The translations under genes were made by a program, and so were the position numbers. This document shows, one piece after another, positions 9,734-21,195 of a stretch of DNA of 37,860 nucleotides; position 1 is the first letter of the stretch, and each line of letters opens with the position of its first letter. Origin of the DNA: Propionibacteriales bacterium (lineage in GTDB: Bacteria > Actinomycetota > Actinomycetes > Propionibacteriales > Nocardioidaceae); NCBI GenBank assembly GCA_038242985.1, contig JBBSRN010000001.1, positions 1-37,860 on the forward strand, read 5' to 3'. Under the pieces are notes generated by a model, which saw only the letters and a list, made by a program, of their open reading frames with translations, was not told the DNA's origin and did not search any database.

Positions 9734-10558
9734 CTAGTGAGCCGCGTCGAAGACCAGCTTGCGGCGGGCGCCTGTGCGCGCGGCGACCTCGGCCACCGCG
9801 TCCTTGCGGCTCACGCCGGTGCCCTGCACCTCATCGACGAGGGCGCGCAGCTCATCGTTCGTCCACACGCGCGGCTCGACCGAAGCGCCCTCGATCACCA
9901 GGGTGACCTCGCCGCGCACCCCGTGCTCCTGCTCGGGGACCCACGCCACCAGCTCGTCCAGCGTGCCGCGCACGACCTCCTCGTGGGTCTTGGTCAGCTC
10001 GCGGCACAGAGCCGCCCGCCGGCCGCCTCCCAGGGCCGCGGCGAGCGCGACCAGGGTGGCCCCCGTGCGGTGCGGGGACTCGAAGAACACCATCGTGCGT
10101 GGTTCGCCGGCCAACGCGCCGAAGACGCGGGCCCGCTCACCGGCCTTGCGCGGTGCGAATCCTTCGAAGCAGAACCGGTCGACCGGCAGGCCGGACACCG
10201 CCAGTGCCGTCAGCACCGCGGACGGACCGGGCACCGCGGTGACGTCGAGGCCCGCCTCGACCGCCGCCGCGACGAGCCGGTAGCCCGGGTCCGAGACGCT
10301 GGGCATGCCGGCGTCGGTGACCAGCAGGACGGTGCTCCCGGCCGCCAGGTGTGCGAGGAGATCAGGCGTGCGGCGCTCCTCGTTGCCCTCGAAGTACGAG
10401 ATGACCCGGCCGGTGATCGTGACCCCGAGGTCGCCGGCGAGGCGGTGCAGCCGCCTGGTGTCCTCGGCTGCCACGACGTCGGCGCTGCCGAGCAGCTCGC
10501 GCAACCGCGGGCTCGCGTCGTCGGACCGCCCGATCGGGGTCGCCGCCAGGATCAACAC
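9734..10558 (-). CDS. rsmI: 16S rRNA C1402 2'-O-methyltransferase
   Basis: [41 protein letters not shown]. Confidence 0.95.
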   Translation of the reverse strand: MLILAATPIGRSDDASPRLRELLGSADVVAAEDTRRLHRLAGDLGVTITGRVISYFEGNEERRTPDLLAHLAAGSTVLLVTDAGMPSVSDPGYRLVAAAVEAGLDVTAVPGPSAVLTALAVSGLPVDRFCFEGFAPRKAGERARVFGALAGEPRTMVFFESPHRTGATLVALAAALGGGRRAALCRELTKTHEEVVRGTLDELVAWVPEQEHGVRGEVTLVIEGASVEPRVWTNDELRALVDEVQGTGVSRKDAVAEVAARTGARRKLVFDAAH

Positions 10559-10644
10559 TCCCCCATCGTCGCAGGCCCGACCCTCTCCAGTCCCCTCGTG
10601 GGTGATACTTGCCGATGAGGGACCACCGATGAAGGAGTGATGCC

Positions 10645-11460
10645 GTGCTCGCGACGTCGGCTCCTCGCGGTGCGCTGCTGACCGCGAGCCACCTCGGCCC
10701 CACGGTCGCGGTGACCTCGGTCGCGGCGCTGCTCAGCATCGCCGTCGGGCTCGACGCGTGGCGCTCGGTGCTGCTGGTCGCCTCCGTGCTCGCCGGCCAG
10801 CTGAGCATCGGGTGGGGCAACGACCTCCTCGACCTCGATCGGGACCGGCGCTCCGGTCGGACCGACAAGCCGCTGGCGACGGGCGAGCTGCCGCTTCGAC
10901 TGGTCCAGATCGCCGCGGCAACTGCCCTCGCGCTTGCCGCGCTGCTTCCGTTGCCTCTAGGTCTCGGCCCGCAGACCGCCGCGCTCTGGCTGGTCGTCGC
11001 GGGTGGTCAGGCCTACAACCTCGGCCTGAAGCGGACGCGGTGGTCCTGGTTGCCGTACGCCGTCGCCTTCGGCTCCCTGGCCGCCGCGCCGGGTCTGACC
11101 GCCGGCGTCGACATCGCCTGGTGGGTCCCGGTCACCGGATCCCTGCTCGGCGTCGGCGCACACCTGGCCAACGTCCTGCCGGACCTGGACGACGACGCCC
11201 GCACCGGGGTGTCGGGGTTCCCGCACCGGCTGGCCGACCGGTTCGGTGTACACGCCGTGTCGGTGTCCGCCGTCGCCTTGTTCGTCATCGCGTCCGCCGT
11301 CCTGCTCATCGCCCTGCCGTTCGGACCATGGGTCGCGGTGGCCGGGCTCGTCGTGGCCGCTCTCGCTGCGGTGGCGCTGTGCACCGACGGTCGGCGGCCG
11401 TTCCAGGCCGCCATCGCGATCGCCCTCGTCGATGTCGTGGCGTTGGTGCTCGCGGTGTGA
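10645..11460 (+). CDS. UbiA family prenyltransferase
   Basis: Multi-TM; Asp-rich motifs [17 protein letters not shown] and NVLPDLDDD; SD AAGGAG upstream. Confidence 0.85.
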   Translation: MLATSAPRGALLTASHLGPTVAVTSVAALLSIAVGLDAWRSVLLVASVLAGQLSIGWGNDLLDLDRDRRSGRTDKPLATGELPLRLVQIAAATALALAALLPLPLGLGPQTAALWLVVAGGQAYNLGLKRTRWSWLPYAVAFGSLAAAPGLTAGVDIAWWVPVTGSLLGVGAHLANVLPDLDDDARTGVSGFPHRLADRFGVHAVSVSAVALFVIASAVLLIALPFGPWVAVAGLVVAALAAVALCTDGRRPFQAAIAIALVDVVALVLAV

Positions 11461-11465
11461 GTGAC

Positions 11466-12617
11466 ATGACTTCCCGCCTCGAGCACTGGGACCTCATCGT
11501 CGTCGGCGCAGGTCCGGCCGGGGCCTGCACCGCACTGGGAGCATTGCGGGCCGACCCGTCACTGCGGGTGCTCATGGTGGATCGCGAGGACTTCCCGCGC
11601 GACAAGTCCTGCGGTGACGGCATCGCGCCACACGTCTTCGACGCGCTCGCCGAGGTGGGCGTCGAGGGCGTCGCCGACGGGTGGGAACCGCTGCACCGGC
11701 TCGACCTGCAGCACGGCGAACGCCACGTCGAGGGACGGCTGGCACGCCCGGTCTGGGTCATCCCCCGGGCCGTGTTCGACGCCAGGCTCGTCGCGCACGC
11801 CGTGGCCGCCGGCGCGACGTTGCGGCGGCACCGGGTGCGCTCCATCGACGTCGACGCAGGCGGCGTGACCGTGGACGAGGTGCTGCGGACCCGGATGCTG
11901 GTGGGTGCCGACGGCGCCTACTCCGTCGTCCGTGGTCTGGTCGGCCGTCCTCCAGGAACGAGACGTGCGGTGGCCATTCGCGGCTACTCCCCCACCCCGC
12001 CGGAGCGCGCGGGCCTGCAGTCGATCATCTACGGCGACCGGCGCCGCCCGTCGTACGCCTGGTCGTTCGATCGCGGCGACGGCCTGGCCAACGTGGGGTA
12101 CGGCGAATTCACCGTCGATCCCGCCGATCGGCCCACCCGGGCCTCGATGCTGGCCGAGCTCGAACGACTGATCCCCGGCAGCGCCGAGGGCGGCACGGCC
12201 TGGAAGGCCCACCATCTGCCCCTGTCCGGGTGGCGACCCGAGGCGTCCACGGGCCGGGTGCTCCTGGTCGGCGACGCCGCGCACCTGGTGAATCCGATGA
12301 CCGGCGAGGGCATCTTCTACGCGGTCGCCACCGGTCTGGCCGCGGGCCGTGCCGCCGCCGAGGGCGGCGCACATGACGCCGGAGCATCATACGATCGGGC
12401 CGTCCGCCGCCTGCTCGGCACCCACCTGCACCACACCTGGGCCGCAGCCCGGCTCAGCCGGTCACCGGCAGTGCTCGACGCCGCGATCGATGCCGCCCAG
12501 CGCAGCCAGGCGTCCTTCGACGCGCTCGTCGAGCTCGGCCTCGGCGACGGCCGCATCACCCCACGACTCGGCGCCGGGCTTGCTCGTGGCCTGCTCGCGG
12601 CCCGCAACCCCGGGTGA
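11466..12617 (+). CDS. geranylgeranyl reductase-like FAD-dependent oxidoreductase
   Basis: VVGAGPAG, FPRDKSCGDG, VGADGAYS, VGDAAHLVNPMTGEGI; start set at ATG 11466 after the UbiA stop. Confidence 0.87.
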   Translation: MTSRLEHWDLIVVGAGPAGACTALGALRADPSLRVLMVDREDFPRDKSCGDGIAPHVFDALAEVGVEGVADGWEPLHRLDLQHGERHVEGRLARPVWVIPRAVFDARLVAHAVAAGATLRRHRVRSIDVDAGGVTVDEVLRTRMLVGADGAYSVVRGLVGRPPGTRRAVAIRGYSPTPPERAGLQSIIYGDRRRPSYAWSFDRGDGLANVGYGEFTVDPADRPTRASMLAELERLIPGSAEGGTAWKAHHLPLSGWRPEASTGRVLLVGDAAHLVNPMTGEGIFYAVATGLAAGRAAAEGGAHDAGASYDRAVRRLLGTHLHHTWAAARLSRSPAVLDAAIDAAQRSQASFDALVELGLGDGRITPRLGAGLARGLLAARNPG

Positions 12618-12640
12618 GGGGCGCCCACTACGCTGGGCGC

Positions 12641-14134
12641 GTGCGGGTGGGCCAGCAGACATGGGGATGGATCGGGCCCATCGCGATCGCGCTGCTCGCC
12701 TTCGGGCTGCGGGTCTGGCACGTGGCGCAGCCGCGGATCCTGATGTTCGACGAGACCTACTACGCGAAGGATGCGTGGTCGCTGCTGCAGCACGGGTACG
12801 TGCGGGACTTCACCGCGCAGGCCAACGGCCGGATCGAGCGCGGCGACCTGACCGACCTGATGACCGGCGACCCGTCGTGGGTGGTGCACCCCGAGGGCGG
12901 CCGGGCGCTGATCGCGATCGGTGAGCACCTGTTCGGCCTCGACGCGTTCGGATGGCGCATCTCGGCGGTCGTCTTCGGATCGCTGACCGTGCTGCTGGTC
13001 GCTCGGCTCGTGCGCCGCCTGACCGGCTCGACCGTGGCCGGCTGCTTCGCCGGGTTGCTGCTGGCCTTCGACGGCGCCCACTTCGTCTTGTCGAGGGTGG
13101 CCCTGCTCGACGTGTTCCTGGCCTTCTGGATCGTGGCAGCGGTCGTCTGCCTGGTGGCCGATCACGACCAGGCGATGGCGCGCGATCGCCTCCGCGGCTG
13201 GTACCGCCCGTGGCAGCTGGCTGCCGGCGTCTGCTTCGGCATGGCCTGCGCGACCAAGTGGAGCGGGGTGTACTCGCTGGCCGCGTTCGGGCTCCTGGTG
13301 GTGATCTGGGAGGTCGTGGCCCGCCGGGAACGATGGACCGCGCTGCTGCGCACCGGCATCCCCGCCTTCGTGTCGATCGTCGTCGTGGCGGGCCTCGTGT
13401 ATCTGGTGACCTGGACCGGATGGCTGATCCACCACGAGGCCTTCGAGGCCCGATTCGGCTACGGCTACGGCACGTACTCCGCACCGTGGGGTGCCTACCT
13501 GGACCGGCCACCGTCCGGATTCCTCGGGGAGACGCGCGACGCGCTGCGATCGCTCTGGCACTTCCACGTCATGACGTACGACTTCCACACCCGCGGCCTC
13601 GACTCAGCCAGCCACCCGTACCAGTCCAATCCGCTCGGCTGGCTCGTGCTCGACCGACCGGTGGGGGTCGACGCGCAGAACGACCTGCCGGCCGCGTCGT
13701 GCGGAGCGGCGTCGAGCTCCAGCTGCATCCGCGTCGTGACGATCCTGGGCAATCCCGCCGTGTGGTGGGCTGGCGCCCTGGCCGGCCTCGGGTCAGTGGT
13801 GGCCTGGATCGTCACCCGGCAGGGCCGCTGGGCCGTCCCGGTCGTCGGCGTGCTGTCCGGGTGGCTGCCGTGGTTCCTCAACGACGACCGCCCGATCTTC
13901 TCCTTCTACGCCATCACCGTGCTGCCGTTCATGATCGCGGCCACCGCGATGCTGGCCGATCTCGCCTACCGATCGGTCGCCACCGTCCGCGGCCGCTACG
14001 TGGTGCTGGTGCTCGCAGGTGCGCTCGTCGTGGCCGCGATCGGGCTCTTCTGCTACTTCTACCCCGTCCTCACCGACCAGCTGGTGCCCTACGACACCTG
14101 GTACAGCCGGATGTGGTCACCGCGGTGGATCTGA
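12641..14134 (+). CDS. pmt: dolichyl/polyprenyl-phosphate-mannose--protein mannosyltransferase (GT39)
   Basis: MFDETYYAKDA, VVHP, SRVALLD, ATKWSG, HPYQS.P..W; start chosen 6 nt after TACGCT -10 box (alternative 12614). Confidence 0.9.
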   Translation: MRVGQQTWGWIGPIAIALLAFGLRVWHVAQPRILMFDETYYAKDAWSLLQHGYVRDFTAQANGRIERGDLTDLMTGDPSWVVHPEGGRALIAIGEHLFGLDAFGWRISAVVFGSLTVLLVARLVRRLTGSTVAGCFAGLLLAFDGAHFVLSRVALLDVFLAFWIVAAVVCLVADHDQAMARDRLRGWYRPWQLAAGVCFGMACATKWSGVYSLAAFGLLVVIWEVVARRERWTALLRTGIPAFVSIVVVAGLVYLVTWTGWLIHHEAFEARFGYGYGTYSAPWGAYLDRPPSGFLGETRDALRSLWHFHVMTYDFHTRGLDSASHPYQSNPLGWLVLDRPVGVDAQNDLPAASCGAASSSSCIRVVTILGNPAVWWAGALAGLGSVVAWIVTRQGRWAVPVVGVLSGWLPWFLNDDRPIFSFYAITVLPFMIAATAMLADLAYRSVATVRGRYVVLVLAGALVVAAIGLFCYFYPVLTDQLVPYDTWYSRMWSPRWI

Positions 14135-14689
14135 GGCCGTGGCACCGCGCAGGGTGAGGCCGAAGATCCAGGCGATGTCGTCGGCGGCCTGCGCCGGCGG
14201 CTTCGACGGCCTGGTCATCGCCGACAGCACCAGCCGGATCACGGCCTCGACGCAGATCGCGAGCTCACCGGCATCCAGACCGGTCGGGGCGTAGAGCTCG
14301 TCGATCGCCGCGTGGACCGTGACCGTGGCGGTCTCGACGATCTCGGCGGACTCCGTGGTGAGGATCGTCAGGAAGTCCACGTCGCCCCCGGTGCCGGAGA
14401 CGCTGCGCACCAGGACGCTGTCCTGTCCGAGCAGGAGCGCGCCCTCGCACGCCCCGCGGATGCCGGCGACGACGTCGTCGACCGCTGCCATCTGTTCGCG
14501 CACGACCGCGAGGAACCGGGCCAGCTCGCGCAGCGCCAGCTGCTCGGCCAGCCCGTGCTTGGTGCCGAACTCGTTGTAGACCGTCTGGCGGCTGACACCC
14601 GCCGCCTCGGCGACCCGCCCCATGCGCACCGACGACCATCCGTCGGACTCGATCAGTGCGTGCGCCGACTCCAGCAACCGTTCGCGCAC
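14117..14689 (-). CDS. TetR family regulator, AlkX-like (start uncertain)
   Basis: HTH GWSSVRMGRVAEAAGVSRQTVYNEFGTK; last gene of alkB operon. Confidence 0.87.
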   Translation of the reverse strand: MRERLLESAHALIESDGWSSVRMGRVAEAAGVSRQTVYNEFGTKHGLAEQLALRELARFLAVVREQMAAVDDVVAGIRGACEGALLLGQDSVLVRSVSGTGGDVDFLTILTTESAEIVETATVTVHAAIDELYAPTGLDAGELAICVEAVIRLVLSAMTRPSKPPAQAADDIAWIFGLTLRGATASDPPR

Positions 14690-14709
14690 GCTGGCCGGTG
14701 TACTGATGA

Positions 14710-14877
14710 TCAGGACTCGATCATCGTGAAGTCGACCTGTTCGCGGACCCCGCAGTCTGGACACGTCCAGTCCGCGTCGATGTCAGCGAACGCGGTTCCG
14801 GCGGACCAGCCCTCCCGGGGATTCCCCGCCGCCTCGTCGTACACGTACTCGCAGTTGGGGCAGATGAACCGGCTCAC
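14710..14877 (-). CDS. rubA: rubredoxin, RubA/AlkG1 type (55 aa)
   Basis: Not in ORF track; MSRFICPNCEYVYDEAAGNPREGWSAGTAFADIDADWTCPDCGVREQVDFTMIES; two CxxC; GTGA overlap with alkB stop. Confidence 0.93.
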   Translation of the reverse strand: MSRFICPNCEYVYDEAAGNPREGWSAGTAFADIDADWTCPDCGVREQVDFTMIES

Positions 14878-16070
14878 GCGGCCACCTGCGCGCCGTGCCG
14901 ACGCTGGTACGTGGCGGCCACCCGAGGATGCAGGTTGGTGCCCGTCAGGTCACCGTCGTAGTGGTCGAGCACCCGCTGGTCCATGACCGCGCGCCAGATC
15001 GAGGGCACCAGGGCGAGGACGATCATGCCGGCGTAGCCGGTCGGCAGGACCGGCGCGTCCTTGGAGTCACGCAGGGCCTGGTAGCGCCGGGTCGGATTCG
15101 CATGGTGGTCGCTGTGCCGCTGCAGGTGGTACAGCAGCACGTTGGTGCCGATGTTGTTGGAGTTCCAGCTGTGGCTGGGATTCACCCGCTCCGGTCGGCC
15201 CGACTCCAGCACCCGGCGCTTCATGCCGTAGTGCTCCAGATAGTTGACCGTCTCCAGCAGCCAGATGCCGACAGCAGCCTGGAGCAGCAGGAACGGCAGG
15301 ATCTGCCAACCGAACGCGATCATCAGCGCGCCCCACAGCAGGACGGAGAACGACCAGGCGTTGAACAGGTCGTTCCGGACGGACCAGTGCGACTTCTGCT
15401 GACGATCGAAGCGCTTCTTCTCCAGCGCCCAGGCACTGCGCAGGCTTCCACTCACGGTGCGTGGCAGGAATTCCCACAAGGTCTCGCCGAGCCGGCTGCT
15501 GGCCGGGTCGGCGGGCGTGGCGACCCGCGCGTGGTGGCCCCGGTTGTGCTCGATGTAGAAGTGCCCGTAGAACGTCTGGGCGAGGGCGACGCGGGCGAAC
15601 CAGCGCTCGTGCTCGACCTTCTTGTGACCGAGCTCGTGGGCGGTGTTGATGCCGATGCCGGCCACGATGCCGACGCTGGCCGCCAGGCCGATCTTGTCCA
15701 CCAGCGCCAGCGGGCCGTCGATGCCCGGCAGCGTGCCGCCGCCGAACAGGTGGGCGGCCCACGCGAGTCCGGCGATCTGCAGCGGGATGAAGGCGTAGGT
15801 GATCCAGCGGTAGTAGCGATCCCCCTCCAGCGACTCGATCAGCTCATCGGGCGGGTTGTTCGGGTCGAGCCCGGCGACCAGGTCGACGGCGGGGACGAGG
15901 ACGAACAGGAAGAACGGGCCGAACCACCACGAGAGCCCCGACCCGGTCCACGCGTACAGGCCCCACGTGGCGAGCGGGATCAGCGGGATGATCGACCCGA
16001 TCAGCCACAGGTACCGCTTCGAGTCCCGCCACTGGACCAGCTGTCCGTCCACCTCTGCCTGGATCGCCAT
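14874..16070 (-). CDS. alkB: alkane 1-monooxygenase
   Basis: His boxes HELGHK, EHNRGHH, NYLEHYG, LQRHSDHHA; SD-like GAGAGGTGG before ATG 16070. Confidence 0.96.
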   Translation of the reverse strand: MAIQAEVDGQLVQWRDSKRYLWLIGSIIPLIPLATWGLYAWTGSGLSWWFGPFFLFVLVPAVDLVAGLDPNNPPDELIESLEGDRYYRWITYAFIPLQIAGLAWAAHLFGGGTLPGIDGPLALVDKIGLAASVGIVAGIGINTAHELGHKKVEHERWFARVALAQTFYGHFYIEHNRGHHARVATPADPASSRLGETLWEFLPRTVSGSLRSAWALEKKRFDRQQKSHWSVRNDLFNAWSFSVLLWGALMIAFGWQILPFLLLQAAVGIWLLETVNYLEHYGMKRRVLESGRPERVNPSHSWNSNNIGTNVLLYHLQRHSDHHANPTRRYQALRDSKDAPVLPTGYAGMIVLALVPSIWRAVMDQRVLDHYDGDLTGTNLHPRVAATYQRRHGAQVAA

Positions 16071-16083
16071 GTGAACCACCTCT

Positions 16084-16110
16084 CTTTACAGAAAGGTACA
16101 AACTGTAAAG
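16084..16110. promoter_or_regulatory. inverted repeat, candidate operator for the TetR/AlkX repressor
   Basis: CTTTACAG-N11-CTGTAAAG, perfect 8-bp arms straddling the -10. Confidence 0.7.
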
Positions 16111-16121
16111 CGGACTGTCAA
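16093..16121 (-). promoter_or_regulatory. sigma-A promoter of alkB operon
   Basis: TTGACA(16121-16116)-N17-TACCTT(16098-16093). Confidence 0.75.
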
Positions 16122-16132
16122 GAGTGACGAGC

Positions 16133-17020
16133 TCAGAGCGACTTGCTGAGTCCGAGCACGGCCGGGGTCAGCAAGATGATGAACAGCACCGGCAGCAGGC
16201 AGGTCATCATGGGGAACATCAGCTTCAGCGGCACGGTCTGGGCCTTCGCAGCGGCCCGCTGGCGACGCTTGTCACGCATCTCGTCGCCCAGCAGCCGGAC
16301 CACCTGGGAGATCGGCACACCGAACTCCTCGGCCTGGACCAGGCTCCGCATCAGCTGGCTCAGGTCGTCGATGTCGTTGCGCTCGGCCAGGGCCAGGTAG
16401 GCCTCGCGGCGCGGCATGCCGACTGCCATGTCCTGCACCGTGCGCATGATCTGGGGCCCCAAGGGGCCGCGGTGCGTGGCTCCCACCCGCGCGAAGGCGG
16501 CCTCGAAGCTCATCCCGGCGTCGATGGCGATCGTCAGCTGGTCCAGCACGTCCGGCAGGCTGGCCACCATCGCGGCCTTCTGCTCGGTGGCTCGCGACGA
16601 GCAGTAGATGTCGGGGTACCGATAGGCCACCACGATGCCGATCAGCAGCGCGATCCAGATCATGGGACTGCTCGATCCGCTGGCCACCGACAGCCCCAGC
16701 AACGCCACCAGCAGGGGCGCGAACACCTTGATCTTCAGCTGCGTCCGCACCGCACCCACCGACTTGCCTGCGACCGCGAGGTTGCGTTCCATCGTGGTCA
16801 GCGACTTGGCGCTGGCCACGCCGCGCCAGAGGCCCAGCGACGCCTGTTCCCCGCTCAGGCCACCCGCCCCGTCGGATCCCGCTCCGGGCCGCTGGGACCC
16901 GGCGATGCGCCGACTCGCGTCGATCCGGCCGGCCGGCACCAGCTCGAAGGCTCGCGCCAGCGCGAACAGCGCTGCCGGAAGCAGGACCAACGCGAGGACG
17001 AGGTACATGGCGGGAGACAT
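16133..17020 (-). CDS. tadC: Tad pilus inner-membrane platform protein TadC (T2SSF)
   Basis: LPDVLDQLTIAIDAGMSF, LVQAEEFGVPI, PLKLMFPM; tad operon position. Confidence 0.88.
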   Translation of the reverse strand: MSPAMYLVLALVLLPAALFALARAFELVPAGRIDASRRIAGSQRPGAGSDGAGGLSGEQASLGLWRGVASAKSLTTMERNLAVAGKSVGAVRTQLKIKVFAPLLVALLGLSVASGSSSPMIWIALLIGIVVAYRYPDIYCSSRATEQKAAMVASLPDVLDQLTIAIDAGMSFEAAFARVGATHRGPLGPQIMRTVQDMAVGMPRREAYLALAERNDIDDLSQLMRSLVQAEEFGVPISQVVRLLGDEMRDKRRQRAAAKAQTVPLKLMFPMMTCLLPVLFIILLTPAVLGLSKSL

Positions 17021-17945
17021 CAGATCTTCACGTTCGTGACGGCCCGCATCCAGAGGAGGCCGACCAGGTACAGGACGGCCGACACACCCAGGGCGATGTG
17101 TCCCGCGTTCGTGCGCAGGAGCAGTCCGATCGAGGCCGGATTGATCAGGCCCTGCGAGACCACGACGAGCACGGGCAGAACCATCAGGATCTTGGCCGAT
17201 CCCCGTCCCTCCGCCGACAGGGTGTGCACCTCGCGCTGGAGGGCGTTGCGCTCACGGATCGTGTCGCCGACGCGTTCGAGCACCTCGTTGAGGTTGCCGC
17301 CGGTCTCGCGCTGCATCGCGATGGCTTCGGCCACCCAGTGGAAGTCCTCGTTCTGCATCCGGTCGGCCGACGTGTGCATCGCGTCGACCAGGTCCCGCCC
17401 GATCCGGTTCTCGTTGATGAGCCGGCTGACCTCCTCGGCCGTCGGCGACAGCGACTCGCGGGCCGTGGTGTCGAGGGCTCGCGGCAGGCTGTGCCCGGCG
17501 CGTAGCGCCGAGGCGAGCAGGTGCAGGGTCGAGTCGAGCTGTTCGGCGAAGGCGGCCCGGCGCTTCGCGGCCCGGCTCCCCAGCACGATCTTGGCGACCA
17601 CCGGCACGAACAGGGCGGCCAGCAGACCGAACGCCAGGCTGCCGGTCAGCGTCACGGCGAGGATGAGCACTGCCAGCGTCAGCGCGGCGACCGTCACCAG
17701 GAACGTCCCGGCCGTGGTCGAGATGCCGGCCATCTCGAGCGCGACGGCGCTGACCGGCGACCAGGAACGACCGCGCAACGCCCGGTCGACCCAGCCCGAC
17801 AGGTGGGTGCCGACCTGGCCCAGTCCGCTCTGCGCACCACCGGTGCCTCGCCGCTCCTGCGGCACCCGCACCAGGGTCGGCTGCACGAGCACGTACATCG
17901 CGACGCCGAAGCCGGCGAGCAGGCTCAGGACGCCGAGTCCGAGCA

Positions 17946-17949
<4 letters not shown>
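17020..17949 (-). CDS. tadB: Tad pilus platform protein TadB (T2SSF)
   Basis: LASALRAGHSL, QRETGGNL, LSAEGRGSA. Confidence 0.88.
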
Positions 17950-19333
<1,384 letters not shown>

Positions 19334-19337
<4 letters not shown>

Positions 19338-20485
19338 GACGGCTCCTCGTCCTCGCGCAGGACCGCTGCCACGATGGCGCGCAGGCCCTTGGCGGCTGCC
19401 CCGCCCTGCTTGGCCTTGGTCAGCAGCGGCACCCCGCGATTCGTGGCGAGCAGCACGTCGGACGATCTCGGCACGACGGACTCGACCGGCAGACCCACGA
19501 CCGCCGAGACGTCGGCCGGCCGCATGCCGGACTGCCGATCGGCCAGGTTGACGACCAGGTGCTGGCGGCCAGGCATGACGCCGACCGTCGCGAGCAGCTC
19601 GATCTCCTTGCGCATGTTGCGCACGCCGGCGACGTCCAGGCTCGAGACGAACACGGCGTCGGTGGCCTCCTCGAGCGCGGCGAGGGTGTGCTCGTCCAGC
19701 CCGGAACCGGTGTCGACGACGACGTAACGGAACTCGGTGGCCAGCACCTGCAGCAGCTGGTGCACCTGGTCGCTGTCGACCGCGTCGGCCGCAGCCGGTG
19801 AGTCCGGAGCAGCGACGACCCACAGCCCGCTGGCGTGAGCGGTGAGGAAGGTCTTCAGCAGCATCGTGTCCAGACCGCCACGGCTGGCGAACACGTCGCC
19901 GATCGAGTGGTCCGGCGACAGGTCGAGCAGCGTGGCGACGTCACCGAAGCGCAGGTCCAGGTCCACCAGCACCACCTGCGACGGCGCCACCCGGGCCAGG
20001 TCGATGGCGATGTTCACTGCCACCGTCGACTTGCCGACTCCTCCCTTGGGCGAGGCGATCACCACGGTCCGACCGTCCGATCGCCGCTCACCACTCACCG
20101 CTCCGCCGGTCAGGCGAGCGGCGTGCTCGCGGGCACGATCGAGGACGTCGCGGAAGTCCTCGTCCGTGGCGTCGGGATCGATGACGTCGCGCACCCCGGC
20201 CCGCATGGCCGCAAGGACCAGCTTCGGCGTGGCTTCGGCCACCGCGACGACCGACGTCGAGACAGCCATCGCATCGATCGACTCGGCGATCCACAGCATG
20301 GTCTCCTGGTCGAGCTCGGGCCCGAGCAGGAGCACCTGGGGGATCGACCTGTCCGCCAGCACGGCGTGGATGTCGAAACCGGGCTGGAAGGTGTCCTCCA
20401 GCGGCACCTTCGTGATGTCGTCGCCGAAGCGACCGAGCCGGTACTCCAGCCCGCCGTCACCGCCGAGCAGCATGATCCCGCTCAT
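19334..20485 (-). CDS. cpaE: TadZ/CpaE MinD-like ATPase with degenerate receiver domain
   Basis: SPKGGVGKST deviant Walker A, VDLDLRFGD, N-terminal AMRAGVRDV receiver remnant. Confidence 0.87.
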
Positions 20486-21183
20486 CCCAGCACCACCTTC
20501 GCGTCGGTCTTCTGAGAACCCTTGACGTCGGCCTTCGCATTCTGCGAGGTCAACCAGATCTTGCCGAACTCGGCGGCGTTCGCCACCTTCTCCGCCTGGC
20601 GGGTGGTCACGGCCAACGTGACCCTGATGCCCGCCGCGGTGGCCTCGGCGCCCGCGTCGCCCGCGGCGTTCTTCTTGACCGCCACGATCCGCACCCTGCT
20701 CAGCGTCATGCGGGTCGTGCCCGAGCCACCGTCAGTCGCGGGGTAGCTGGCGAACACGCCAACGGTGTCGCCGGGCTTCGTTCCGGCCGGGACCCGTGGC
20801 GCGGTCAGGATGAGGTCCATCGACTGCATCCCGGCGGGCAGCGCCGAGGCATCGACCTTCTTGACCGCCGTGCCGAACCGCTTTGCCAGCAGCTGCTCCC
20901 CCGGCACCAACGCCGCGTTCGTGACCTCGCCCCCGAGAGAGGCGAGGTCAGTCACGGCGCCCTCCACGCGCACGCCCCTCGGGACCTGCTCGGTCTCGAC
21001 GCTGCCGACCAGCCGGGACGCAGACGATCCGGCTGGGACCGGTTGCGAGACGACCAGCACCGGGACCAGCTCGGCGTCGCCGAAGGCCCGGGCGTCGGCG
21101 CCCCGGGCGTAGGAGACCACGGCGGCGACACCGGCGACGGTCAGCACGCCGGCCATCACCAGGGCAAGGAGCTTCTTGTTCAT
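20482..21183 (-). CDS. cpaB: Flp pilus assembly protein CpaB/RcpC
   Basis: N-terminal TM, SAF-like region (LVPGEQL), PGDTVGVFAS, VTLAV; tad context. Confidence 0.82.
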   Translation of the reverse strand: MNKKLLALVMAGVLTVAGVAAVVSYARGADARAFGDAELVPVLVVSQPVPAGSSASRLVGSVETEQVPRGVRVEGAVTDLASLGGEVTNAALVPGEQLLAKRFGTAVKKVDASALPAGMQSMDLILTAPRVPAGTKPGDTVGVFASYPATDGGSGTTRMTLSRVRIVAVKKNAAGDAGAEATAAGIRVTLAVTTRQAEKVANAAEFGKIWLTSQNAKADVKGSQKTDAKVVLG

Positions 21184-21195
21184 GGGAGTGGCCTC

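Noticed and set aside
14690-14764. ORF-track N-terminal extension of the TetR
   Set aside because: Overlaps the real rubredoxin gene in another frame
19338-19823. ORF-track 625-aa TadA with long N-terminus (likewise extended starts of the GGR-like, mog, cfa-like, SAF and fmdB ORFs)
   Set aside because: Extensions overlap upstream genes or promoters; better starts exist at stop/start overlaps or after SD/-10 motifs
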